Positions 10,823-21,456 of a stretch of DNA of 64,000 nucleotides are shown here, one piece after another (within the stretch, counting starts at the first letter, position 1; every line of letters starts with the position of its first letter). The DNA is from Sminthopsis crassicaudata (Eukaryota), in assembly GCF_048593235.1 (NCBI RefSeq), contig NC_133622.1, positions 16,926,001-16,990,000 on the forward strand, given 5' to 3'. Made by a program: the position numbers and the translations under genes. The notes beneath the pieces are model-generated. The model was not told the DNA's origin and did not search any database. It was given only the letters and a program-made list of their open reading frames with translations.

Positions 10823-12879
10823 TTTTTTTTTACATTAAATTTTTTAAAATTAATTTTTAAAATTATATCATTTTCTTTGACAGTACATATGCATAAGTAA
10901 TTTTATTTTTTACAACATTATCCCTTGTACTCCCTTGTATTCTGAATTTTCCTCTCCTTACCTCCACCTCCTCCCCTAGATGGCAGGCATTCCCATACAT
11001 ATTAAATATGTTATAGTATATCCTAAGTACAATATATATGTGCAGAACCGAATTTTGTTTTTGTTGTTGTTGCAAAGGAAGAATTGTATTTGGAAGGTAA
11101 AAATAATCTAGGAAGAAAAACAAAAAAAAAAATGCTCACAGTTTACACTCATTTCCCAGTGTTCCTTCTCTAGGTGTAGCTGATTCTGTCCATCATTGAT
11201 CAATTAGAATTGCATTAGCTCTTCTCTATGTTGAGATATCCACTTCCATCAGAATACCTCCTCATACAGTATCATTGTTGAAGTGTATAATGATCCCCTA
11301 GTTCTGCTCTTTTCACTCAACATCAGTTGGTATAAGTCTCTCCAAGCCTCTCTGTATTCCTCCTGATGGTCATTTCTTACAGAACAATAATATTCCATAA
11401 CATTCATATACCATAATTTACCCAACCATTCTCCAATTGATGGACATCCATTCATTTTCCAGTTTCTAGCCACTATGAAAAGGACTGCCACAAACATTTT
11501 GGCAAAGACAGGTCCCTTTCCCTTCTTTAGTTAATTTCCTTGGGATATAAGCACAGAAGAAACACTGCTGGCTCAAGGGGTATGCACATTTTGATAACTT
11601 TTGGGGCATAATTCTAGATTGCTCTCCAGAATGGCTGGCTTTTTTCAGAACTCCACTAACAATGCATCAGTGTCCCAGTTTTCTCACAGCCCCTCCAACA
11701 TCATCGTTATTTGTTCCTGTCATCTTAGCCAATCTGACAGTTGTGTAATGATAACTCAGAGTTGTCTTAATTTGCATTTCTCTGATCAGTAGTGATTTGG
11801 AACCCTCTTTCATATGAGTGGAAATAGTTTCAATTTCATCCTCTGAAAATTGTCTGTTCATATCCTTTGACCATTTGTCAATTGGAGAATGGCTTGATTT
11901 CTTATAATTAAAGTCAATTCTCTGTATATTTTGGAGATGAGGCCTTTATCAGAACCTTTAACTATAAACATGTTTTCCCAATTTATTTTTTCCCTTCTAA
12001 TCTTGTTTGCATTAGTTTTGTTTGTGCAGAAACTTTTTAATTTGGTTTAACCAAAATTTTCTATTTTGTGATCAATAATGGTCTCTAGTTCTCCCTTGGA
12101 CACAAACTCCTTCCTCCTCCACAAGTCTGAGAGGTAAACCATCCCATGTTCCTCCAATTTAATTAAGATTTCGTTCTTTATGCCTAAATCTTGGACCCAT
12201 TTTGATCTAATCTTAGTATGTGGTGTTAAATGTAGATCCATGCCTAGATTCTGCCATACTAATTTCCAGTTTTCCCAGCCATTTTTGTCAAATAATGAAT
12301 TCTTATCCCAAAAGTTGGGATCTTTGGGTTTGTCAAACACTAGATTGCTGTTTTTATTCACTAAGTGAGTTTTTTCCTTCTATGGAATTTTTTCCCATTT
12401 TATCCATTTTATTTTTTAGAGAGCTGTTTTCTTCATCCAGCTCACTAATCCTGTTTTCCTTAGAGTTGTTAACTTTTCCAATTCACTAATTTTGTTTCTG
12501 AATGATTTGATCTCTTTATCCACTCTGGATAACTTCTCCAGGCTCTCTTGCCAAGCTTCCCTTTCCTTTTCCCATTTCTCTTCCAGCTCTCTTGTGAGAG
12601 CCTTTTTGATTTCCTCTATGAGATTCTTTTGTATTGAGGAGCAGATCATATCCCCTTAAGGGATTCCTCTGGGGACAGTCTGTTTTTAGTCTCCTCAGTA
12701 TTTGAAGTCTACTCTCTCTCCATACAGAAGCTGTCAATGCTTAAAGCCCTTTTGAATTTTTTGTTCATTTTGTCAGAGGGGAATCGAAGAAAACAAATTG
12801 ACAAGACAAACAATTGATCTGTTTTTGGGGGATGGGGCTGGATGGTGTTAAAGGGCTTCTTCTACAGACTGGGGGGGGA
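10823..12879 (-). mobile_element. L1 LINE, internally deleted (end of 5'UTR and ORF1 start joined to ORF2 3' end and 3'UTR), alpha-specific
   Basis: Poly(T) at 10823. ORF2 C-terminal peptides (LVFDKPKD..FWDKNSLFDK..WENW; NGCPSIGEWLGKLWY). ORF1-like coiled coil LEEKWEKE at 12416-12649. TSD AGAATTTC at 10815-10822 and 12880-12887. Absent from the beta and gamma equivalents. Confidence 0.9.
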
Positions 12880-13859
12880 AGAATTTCAATATAATGTAGG
12901 CTCTTTGAAGGAAGACTTTTTTTTACTTTCATTTATGTTCATTTTTCATTTTACTTTCATTTACCCAGTGTCTAATAGAGGACTTTGCACATCGCTGATT
13001 CTTAGTAACTCTTTTTTGAAGTAAATAAAAAGTAACATGTAAAAACTATCAGAACATTTTCATTTCTTTCTTGGGGCCAGTGCTAAATAAAAAGAGATTT
13101 AATTCTTTCTTTATTCATTCAATTAATGTTTGCCAAGCACCTACCAAGTGCTAAGCTACTGTGAACCCTATAAGTAAATGAGGCATTTACAGGGTTACAT
13201 CACTACTAGAAGTATAGAATTTTAGAGCTGGGAGAAACATTATAAGTCATCTAGTCCCTATAAGAATCCCCTTTTTAAAAATATGAACCTTGTCCAAAAA
13301 TAATATAAAATAATGTATATCCTTTAACCTAGCCATAGCATGAGTAGACATGAATCCTGAATAAAATTTTTAAGAAAGAAAAGGAACCTATAAGTCCTAC
13401 GAAAATATTTTCAGCAGCTTGTAAAGAGCAGCAACTTTGGAGAAATTTACTTGAGGCTCAGTAGGATTGATTTAATCTTCCAAGGTGTTAACTTGTAGAA
13501 CTATAGTAAGTTCATGTAAACTAGGTAGCTATTATCTTCTCAATTCCACCGAGTTAATACCTTTTTTGTGCTCTCATTTTGGGGATTCCCACCTCCCTGA
13601 GAAGTCAGGGAGGGCATGCCTACCTATGTTCAAAAACAAAAGAAATGGGGTGATGTAGAGAGCCAGAACTTTAGAGAAATATATTCAAAATAAGGTTTAA
13701 CACCTCAGTGGAGTTGATAAGATAAAGGTTATTTACTTTACCTGCACTTAGTATAGTTCTACAAGTTGACACTTGGCAGTAGAATTAAATCACTCATACT
13801 GAGCCTTAATTATATGTCCCCAAAGTTCCTGCCCTTTACAGCAGCTCTCTTCTCAGAAC

Positions 13860-14140
13860 AAAAAACTGGAAACTGATGGGATGCCCCTCAATTGGGGAAT
13901 GGATGAATAAATTATGTCATGTGATTCTGAAAGAACATTATTGCTCTATGAAAAATGATGAGCAGGATGTTTTCAGAAAAACCTGGATAATTGTACACAA
14001 ATTCAAGCAAAGTGAAATACACTGAAGTGATAGTAAACTTCTAGGATGATCAGATGGGAATGACTTTGGGATTTTGTAACAATCAAATGAGATGTTTCTA
14101 AAGTTTTTAACACAGTATGTAGAACATAGTAAATGCTGTA
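13860..14140 (+). mobile_element. Old L1 ORF2 3'-end remnant
   Basis: AAAAACTGGAAACTGA.GGGATGCCC.TCAATTGGGGAATGG..AATAAATT. Repeated near 23520, 30590, 47120, 56770 and 63850. Confidence 0.65.
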
Positions 14141-14295
14141 TACCTGTGAGCTATAACTGTTCTCCAAAGTCACAGAGAAAGTTAGGAACAAGTGCTCTAA
14201 CTTTAGATCCAGTGTTCATTCTACCATTCCACAGGGAGCCCCCAAGTTCATAGTTCCTGCCCACTTTTTGCCCAATTTTACTCTGCCTCGAATAT

Positions 14296-14420
14296 TGTTG
14301 TTTGTACAGTCATGCACAACTCTTTATAACTTCATCTGGGGTTTTCTTGGTAAAGATCCTAGAGTGGTTTGCATCTCCTCTTCCAGCTCATTTTATAGTT
14401 AAGGAACTGAGGCAATCAGG
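14296..14420. mobile_element. Mar1-like marsupial SINE remnant
   Basis: GGGGTTTTCTTGG..AAAGAT..GAGTGGTTTGC..TCC..CTCCAGCTCATTTTA..GAACTGAGGC. Repeated near 24930, 31030, 47560 and 58190; a related remnant lies at about 8945-9040. Confidence 0.6.
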
Positions 14421-14559
14421 ATCCCAAACTATTATGCGTCTGAGATTAGATTTGAAAGTCTTCCTCATTCCAAGTGCAGCATTATATGCAGTGCAGCACC
14501 TAGACTTTCCCAATAACAGTATTTGTACTTTGTTAGAGATTCATGTGTGGGGCAGCGAG

Positions 14560-14650
14560 AGATGGAGGGAGGGGACAGAGAGAGACAGAGAAAGACAGAC
14601 AGACAGAGAGAGACACACATAGAGAGAAAGACAGAGAGAGATAGAAAGTT
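14560..14650. repeat. (GA/GACA)n low-complexity tract
   Basis: Repeated near 25180, 31290, 47825 and 58440. Confidence 0.8.
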
Positions 14651-16059
14651 CAGGGAAAGTTTCAAGTAAAAGGCTATTTTTGAGCTGACCTTTGAAGAAC
14701 TATAGTGATTATGTGCAAGAATAGAAAAGAGCACATCCATAGTCCTTAGTTAATTTAGTTAACACACAGTGCTGAAAGAATGATAACTGATGGGTAAATG
14801 GGGAAAAATGGCTTCCCATCTGAAATGATGATGTTTAAAGGAAAAGTTGTTGATCGATTAGTTGGGTGACACTTCACCTCACATACTCATCCTTCCTCCC
14901 CCTCAAATTCTCTCTGAAATTGTTATTGAAGGGTTAAGACAAGTACTCGATAAATACTAGAAGTCAAGTGTTCCAATAGAACAATAATGGGACTCAATGA
15001 AATTCTCTCCTCAATCTCAAAGTATGATCTACAATTTGCTTCATAGATTGTCTTCACTAATTGAGCCAAAGTCACCACTGTGCATTTGAATGTTGGAGTT
15101 CACATTTCCCAGTCTGGAGGAATAATGTGGAAAGACAGTAGGTGCAGATCAGGCCCAGGGAGGGTTTTGTTTTTTATCACTGGGGATTCTTCCAGAATTG
15201 GAAGATGATAGATTGGTCCGGCAACTCCTTGAGGAGAAGGGAAGCCTCTACTGACCAGGACAGTTTGGTCCTTTCTGACTGGTGGCTTGAAGTGAAAGAG
15301 GAATCGGCCTGGAAGTCACAGATAGTTCCAGCATTCCCGGCAGAAGCTCTGAGCTGCAAAGCTTTTGGGTAGGGAGTAAGTACATATAATAGAAGTGCCA
15401 TGGAGGCTAGGAAGATACTTCTGTTGCAACTCTTGATTCCCTCTCCAGCCCCCTTCTCCCCCATAGTAGTTTATTTGTTCCAATAACATGTAAACATTAT
15501 TTTCAGCATTTACTTCTATAAGATTTTGAGCTACACTTTTTCTCCCTTCCCCTCTCCTAGATGACAAGCAATATGATATAGTTTTCTATCTAGGTGCAGC
15601 ATTTCTTTTCCGAGTCCGTTTTTGTTTGGGTTGTTTGGAAGGCTGTTTTGGGACTAGACCTGTGAACTCATCAATAAATGGAATGGAGGATGAAGGACTT
15701 ACCCACCAAGGCTACTTGACACCTCTTCAACTTGGATAGTTAGACAGTGGTGTGGGCCACTAGGAAGTTCAGTGATGTGCCTTGAGTGAAAAAGATACTA
15801 AAGTGAAGGGTGAACCAAGTGATCAGCCCAAAGTCTTGAAATTCTTGATTGAACCCCAATAAAGACCAATGGATGCTCATTAGACATCAACCTTTTAATG
15901 CACTGGATCCCCTGCTCTGCTTCTCCCTAGTTTGCATTTCTTTCTGCAAAATGAATGAGAACCTGAGGAAAACGTTCACTTGGAAATCCGCTGATGGTGG
16001 GTGGGAGGTTCTAGGAGGTGAGATCAGGTGCCTGAGGAGGTAAACAGTGTTGGCTTTTT

Positions 16060-16373
16060 TCCAGAGGGCCCCAATCAGCCAGCCTTCCCACCCAATCCTT
16101 CTCAAATCGAGAAGCGGTCCTCCCGGTGGATGAAGCCAGAGCAGAAGACGAAGCTCCTTTGGCGTCTCCTTCCCTTCTTCTGAAGGAACGTTCCTGGGCC
16201 TCCGGGGAAACTCGCACCGAAGTCTCCACAACTCTCAGTGGGCTGAATCGGGCTCCTGGCTCCTCTGGCCGGGCTAAGGATTGGAAAGTGAAGGGACCCT
16301 GCTTGAGTCTCAGCGCACGTTGCGGCCGCTTTCAGCACCGTGGACAGAGATCCCCCTCTGACCACAGGTAAGC
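16060..16373 (+). promoter_or_regulatory. Putative promoter and non-coding exon 1 of beta1
   Basis: CCAAT at 16071 and 16092, locally CpG-rich (GCGGCCGC 16322-16329), donor CAG|GTAAGC at 16367/16368. No TATA box. Confidence 0.55.
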
Positions 16374-17774
16374 TTGGGCTGAGTTTGGAGCTCCTTCACC
16401 TGCCCCTAGGCAGCCTGGGCTGTCCCTGCCTGCCTTGGGCAGGGAGAAAGGAAAGCACTGCTTTCTCCTGGAGACCTGGGGTGTGGGACAAAGCTTTTCC
16501 TTTCTCTGCTAGTCATCCAAAGGATCTCTTTACTTTTTTCTTCTCCATAAAGCTCTACTTCTTGCTGGGCGAGGAGGTACGGGGTATCCTCTAGCATTAC
16601 TTGGGAGTACAAAGGGAGGTTTAAAAATTTTAGCCCTGTCGTTTTCTGTCTGATGTGAGCGTTCTTTTACCCATTTGTGGGTTTTGTGGTAAAACTACTG
16701 TAGGGTGGTGTTGGGTTTCTTTTCCAGCTCAATTTACCGACAAAGAAACTGAGGCAAACAGCATTAAGTGACTTGCCCAAGGTCACAAAGCTGGTGGTTG
16801 GAAGTACATTTGAATTCAAGAAGTTGTCTTCTTGACTCCAGGCCTAACATTCAGTCCACTGTGGCACCTCCCTACCTCTTTTTAATCACCAGATTTCTTT
16901 TTTTCCCCCTGAGGCAATTGGGGTTTTCACTAATCAGTTTTCACTAATCACTAAATTTCAGCTTTTGATTCTTTAGGTCTTGAGATTAAAGTAGCACAGG
17001 CTATTTATTAGATATCCAAACAATTCTCTCTGCTGTCTATTGAGTGGGCAGATTGTGCCCACAGCCCAGATTCCCAGGGATTTCACAAGGTTATCCTGAA
17101 GGGGAATCAGAGCTTCTGGGGAAGGGATGGTTGGCTATTTGCTCTACCTGGAAGGAGGGTTTTTTCTGAATGGAAGAATGGCAGCTAGGAGGCTCAGTGG
17201 ATCCGAGGACCAGCCCTGAAATCAAGACTATCTGAGTTCAAATTTGACCTCAGACACTTAACACTTCCTACCTGTGTGACTCTGGGCAAGTCTTTTAGTC
17301 CCAATTGCCTCAGCAGGAAAAAAAATGGAGTCATAGAGCTATCACTTTTCAGTAGCTGTGGGGCAATGATGTGGGCCAATTATCAGGCTTATGGGCAGTT
17401 TTTATAGGGGAATAGGCACATGGGAAGGGTTGATCCCCTTGGGTGTTAGAAGGGTGCAGAAGCTGCAACCTTCAGGCGGTGAGGGCAATAGGTTAATTAT
17501 AATAGAGAAAGTGATCCAAAATTTTAATGCAGTGTTGATGACATGGATGGCCAGAGGGAATAGAATTTAGGAGTAGTAATGGGACTGGCTATGGGGGCAG
17601 AAGATCTGCTATTTCCCATCTGGAATATATTGGGTCTCCTTCTGCAGTAGCCTCAGTTCCTTCATCTGTAAAATGATACTTGAATGAGACACTTACACGT
17701 TAGACATTAATGAGGAAGAGTAGAGAAATCCAGGAGGGCAATGACTAAGACCAGGAGTAGTGATTTATTATGAA

Positions 17775-17912
17775 GGGGCAGCTAGGTGGCACAGTGGATA
17801 GAGCACCAGCCTTGAATTCAGGAGGACCTGAGTTCAAATGTGGTCTCAGACACTTAGCACTTCCTAGCTGTGTGACCCTGGGCAAGTCACTTAACCCCAG
17901 CCTCAAAAAAAA
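17775..17912 (+). mobile_element. Young tRNA-derived CORE SINE (WSINE1-like), beta-specific, intron 1
   Basis: GGGGCAGCTAGGTGGCACAGTGGATAGAGCACC..GGACCTGAGTTCAAAT..A-tail. 16-bp TSD AGTGATTTATTATGAA (17759-17774, 17913-17928). Empty site in alpha near 1415-1427. Confidence 0.9.
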
Positions 17913-18185
17913 AGTGATTTATTATGAATTTGAGGCAGGAGAAGAGAAAGAATGAATGCAGGGAGAAGGGATATGATTTAATAGCAAAGACAGATGTATG
18001 GATGAAAATAAAAGTTTTAAATTTATAAAATGGCCCCATGAGTTCACCCTTTGTTTGTTTGTTTGTTTTTAATGAGTTTTAGAACATCTTTTTTTTTTTT
18101 TTTGGTGCTATTGTTGTGTGACTAATTGTCCTGATGCAAAATCCAGTCGGTACATATTTTCTTTTAAATTTTATTAATTCAGACC

Positions 18186-18923
18186 ATGGCAACTCCACCT
18201 CTATCTCAATTGGAAAACTCCCACTCTGCTGCTAAGAAGAGCACTGAAAATCCACTGTATCTGGAGAAGATAAAGGAAGATAAAGGAAGCCCTAGCAGTG
18301 AGTACTGTTCTCTCATGACATTGCCATCTTCCACTCCCCCCCTGGGGAAATAGACCATATTCCTGATGGTTTTTTACTTTCTTTGGCAGATAATGCCCAT
18401 TCTCCTATAAGTAAGATAGAAGTTTTGTCATCTTTTTGTGAAATGTCATTGATGGAAGAGCCAAAGATTAAAGACCTAGTGATGGAAGAGCCAGTGGTGG
18501 AGCAAAACCTACAGGATATTCCTGACTTTAGGGACTCAGGGATCAAGTGGCCAGGTAACACCAGCTCCCCTTCTGTTATTTTTCAGTTCTCTTTACTGAG
18601 AGCCTAGTATGCTTTACCCTTTTCTGTAGTGACCCTGTTTATCGATAAGGAAATGAGCTAAGAAAGAATTGACTTGCCCAGGGTCATACAATTAGTAAGC
18701 ATGTGAGATTTGATTTTAATTCAGGAAGATGAGGCAGGTAGCATTGTTCGGCTATAGAGAAGAACTGGGGCAGGACTAACAGCAGCTAAGAGCTGAACTT
18801 CCTAAGGGTGGCTAGCATCATGGGGAACATTTGGGGGCCAAAACTTCTTTACAAAAGGAAAACCCCAGCCTGCCTTTTCCTGGCCAGAAAGAGATGGGAC
18901 ACGATTCCAGAAAATGCCAGATC

Positions 18924-18973
<50 letters not shown>

Positions 18974-19462
18974 CTGCCTAAGAGCAAGCTATACATACGT
19001 GAATACAATAAACAAAGCAATATTTGGATGGCCCTTAGCAAGGGGCTGGCACATAGTAGGTGTTGAATAGAAGCTTATTCACTTCCTTTTATTTCGGCAG
19101 AAAGAGACATCACAGGGAAAATAATTGCTGTCTTCAGAGGGGTTGGAAAAGGGATCCTCAGCTGCTGGTCATGCTGCAGGCTGAACGGATGCTGCAAGAG
19201 ACACAAGAAATGTCCAGAAATGGAGGAAGATCAGGAAAAGTCATGTAAAATCCCCCTCAGGGGCCATGAGGGACATGAGGAAACTGCAGAAACAACTATG
19301 GAATTCCAAGCCAGGTATCCAGACACAGAAGGAAAGCTCAGAAGACCAGGAAGGATGGGAGAACCCTTGCGTTATTGTGGCAGCTCAGAAATCTTTGCTC
19401 TGCCTCTTTATAAGAGCGATGACTTTTTATATTCATTTTGCCAAATACATACTCTTTTCTGA
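18186..19462 (+). CDS. SLC34A2: SLC34A2-derived gene beta1: 212-aa protein without transmembrane core (N-tail fused to Cys-rich C-tail)
   Basis: Exons 18186-18297, 18390-18554, 19101-19462 (112+165+362=639 nt, open, ACCATGG Kozak, GT-AG). Exon 4 sequence [20 protein letters not shown] runs directly into SCWSCCRLNGCCKRHKKCPEMEEDQE, which resembles the NaPi-IIb tail. Confidence 0.82.
18927..18970. repeat. (TG)22 microsatellite, intron 3 of beta1
   Basis: Direct count. Confidence 0.95.
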
Positions 19463-21203
19463 ATCTCTGATTCCCTCCCACCTAATTCCAGCTCACTCCT
19501 CTCTCCCAACAATTTCCCATTTCCAAAGAGTGTGAAGGAAAGGGGCACCTGGACTGAGGAAGAACAAGCCGTCCTCAAATCCCATGTCACCTATTTGAGG
19601 TCATAGGGAGCCTTAGCCTGATCTTGCACTTTAAATAAATCTTCCAAAACACATGTATAGTCAGGAAATTGTATAGGTTTTCATTGGATAGTAAATTACT
19701 TTTATGATTCTGGTTTTATATTGCTACCATTGGAAAGAAATATTTAATTAGTAAATATCTTTATCTAAATCTATAGTCAATATAAACAAGAACATCTGTA
19801 TTATATATTGTAAATTTTGTCATGTTTACGATAATTTCATTAAAAAAATTTTCAGCAATCACTGCCATTCTTTTTGCTTAGTAGATTGTGTACATAGGAA
19901 AAGTTCCTAGCCAACTCCTTTTTACTTTCTTTCTATTTTATTTACATGTACAATACTTCCAAATACATTTCCGTATTTGTAACACTGTACAATAAAAATC
20001 AGAGATAGAAAAAAACATGAAGAAGAAAAGGCAAAGGGACAAACAAAAATGAGAAAATACTATGCTTCAATCCACATTCGGTGTCCATGGTTGTTTCTCT
20101 GGACATGGATAATTTATTTAACCCATTTTTAAGTCCTTCTTGTAATTGAAATATTTTGAATAAATAAGTTTTTCTAGAAATAATTTTTTAAGGATAGTAG
20201 AAAAGCCTGTGTTGTAGGATAGAGTAAAATATGTTCTTTTTTATCATCTTTATTGATAAACTATATAGTACATATTCTAAATATGCATTTCAAGATTCTG
20301 GGTTACAAAAATAATGTATGTTATGAAAACTTATTACGCTAAATGAAACTTCAGAAAACTTTAAAATTAAATTTCAAAAAACACAATATCTGATGGTCAA
20401 GAGAAGATAAATCATGACTTTATGTACAAATTATTCAAGCATTAAGAAAATAGCTGCTTCAATATTGCACCGTGTGTATATTCTTAAACAATTGATAAAC
20501 ATATATGGAATCTTTTATAGGACAGACCACCAATGAAAAAGTATTATAAACCACTTTACTAATAAAGTTTGAAGAAAACTCCCAATGTAATTGTGGGGTA
20601 AACAATAGAAAACACCTATTTTAAATGTGACTTTGTCAGTTGTATCTCAACTCTCCATGACTCTATTTGGGATTTTCTTGTCAGGGATAGAGGAGTGCTT
20701 TGCCATTTTCTTCTCCCGTTCATTTTTTGTACTATCTTTTAAACTTGTCCATAAGCATACTATAAATACAGAAATTTAGTGCCTCTTGGCTCTCCTTTAC
20801 ACTTTCTATTTCTTTTTTTCCATTTGGATTGGTCATGTGATCTGTGTACTTGGTGTGCTTTGACATATTTTCAGAAAGACAGATTGTTCTTGAACTAATT
20901 CAAAAGACTGAATCGCAGAGGTTATTTAACTATTTTTTTCTCTTAGAGTTCCATGATCAGATATCCCTAAAGGACTGTAATTTTTGACATGAGTCGTCTT
21001 AAATGTAGTTTTAAAGGTGCACAGACATTGATATTTACAGGAAGTAGGAAGTTCTCTTCCTCAATATGAAAAATAATGTCATGTGATCAAGGAAGAGGCG
21101 AATAAGACATTTTTAGTTTCAAAAAGGAGTTGAAATGAGAGAATTGTCAAGCTCGTCTCAGGAGGAAGAACACTCCTAGATTGTTAGAGGGAGGAGGAAC
21201 TCT

Positions 21204-21456
21204 AGCTGTATTTGTTGGTTGACACGTGTAATCCTTGCTCCTAGGGAGCTGAGGCTGGTGGATTCTTGGAGCCCTGAAGTTCTAAGATGTTACAAAGTTA
21301 ATGAGCCCATCAGGTGTCTCCACTAAGTCTGGCATCAATAGGATGAGCCTCCACACACGTGGGAAACCACCAGGCTGCCCAGGGAGGGCCAACAGGCTCA
21401 GGTGAAGAGTGAGTGGTTGTTACACTTCCAATCTGAGTGAGATAGGATAACTCTCT
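21204..21456 (+). pseudogene. 7SL-derived element (beta1 copy, closest to the 7SL sequence)
   Basis: CATCAGGTGTCTCCACTAAGTCTGGCATCAATAGGATGAGCCTCC versus recalled 7SL GATCGGGTGTCCGCACTAAGTTCGGCATCAATATGGTGACCTCC. Confidence 0.85.

Noticed and set aside
11249-12737. L1-derived ORFs as host genes or an active element
   Set aside because: Fragmented by stops and frameshifts, with most of ORF2 missing.
15849-16612. Cluster of short ORFs on both strands in the GC-rich block
   Set aside because: Explained by the GC-rich promoter and exon 1; no homology and inconsistent frames between monomers.
1691-19462. SLC34A1 or SLC34A3 identity
   Set aside because: The poly-Cys tail, exon sizes and exon 8-9 loop (NVTVPS..NCTSPS) fit NaPi-IIb (SLC34A2) best.
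19266-19535. 89-aa overlapping ORF in another frame of the beta terminal exon (and 19060-19248)
   Set aside because: No recognisable homology, and not in frame with the spliced upstream exons. It could hold part of the ancestral tail after a frameshift, which needs the parental sequence to test.
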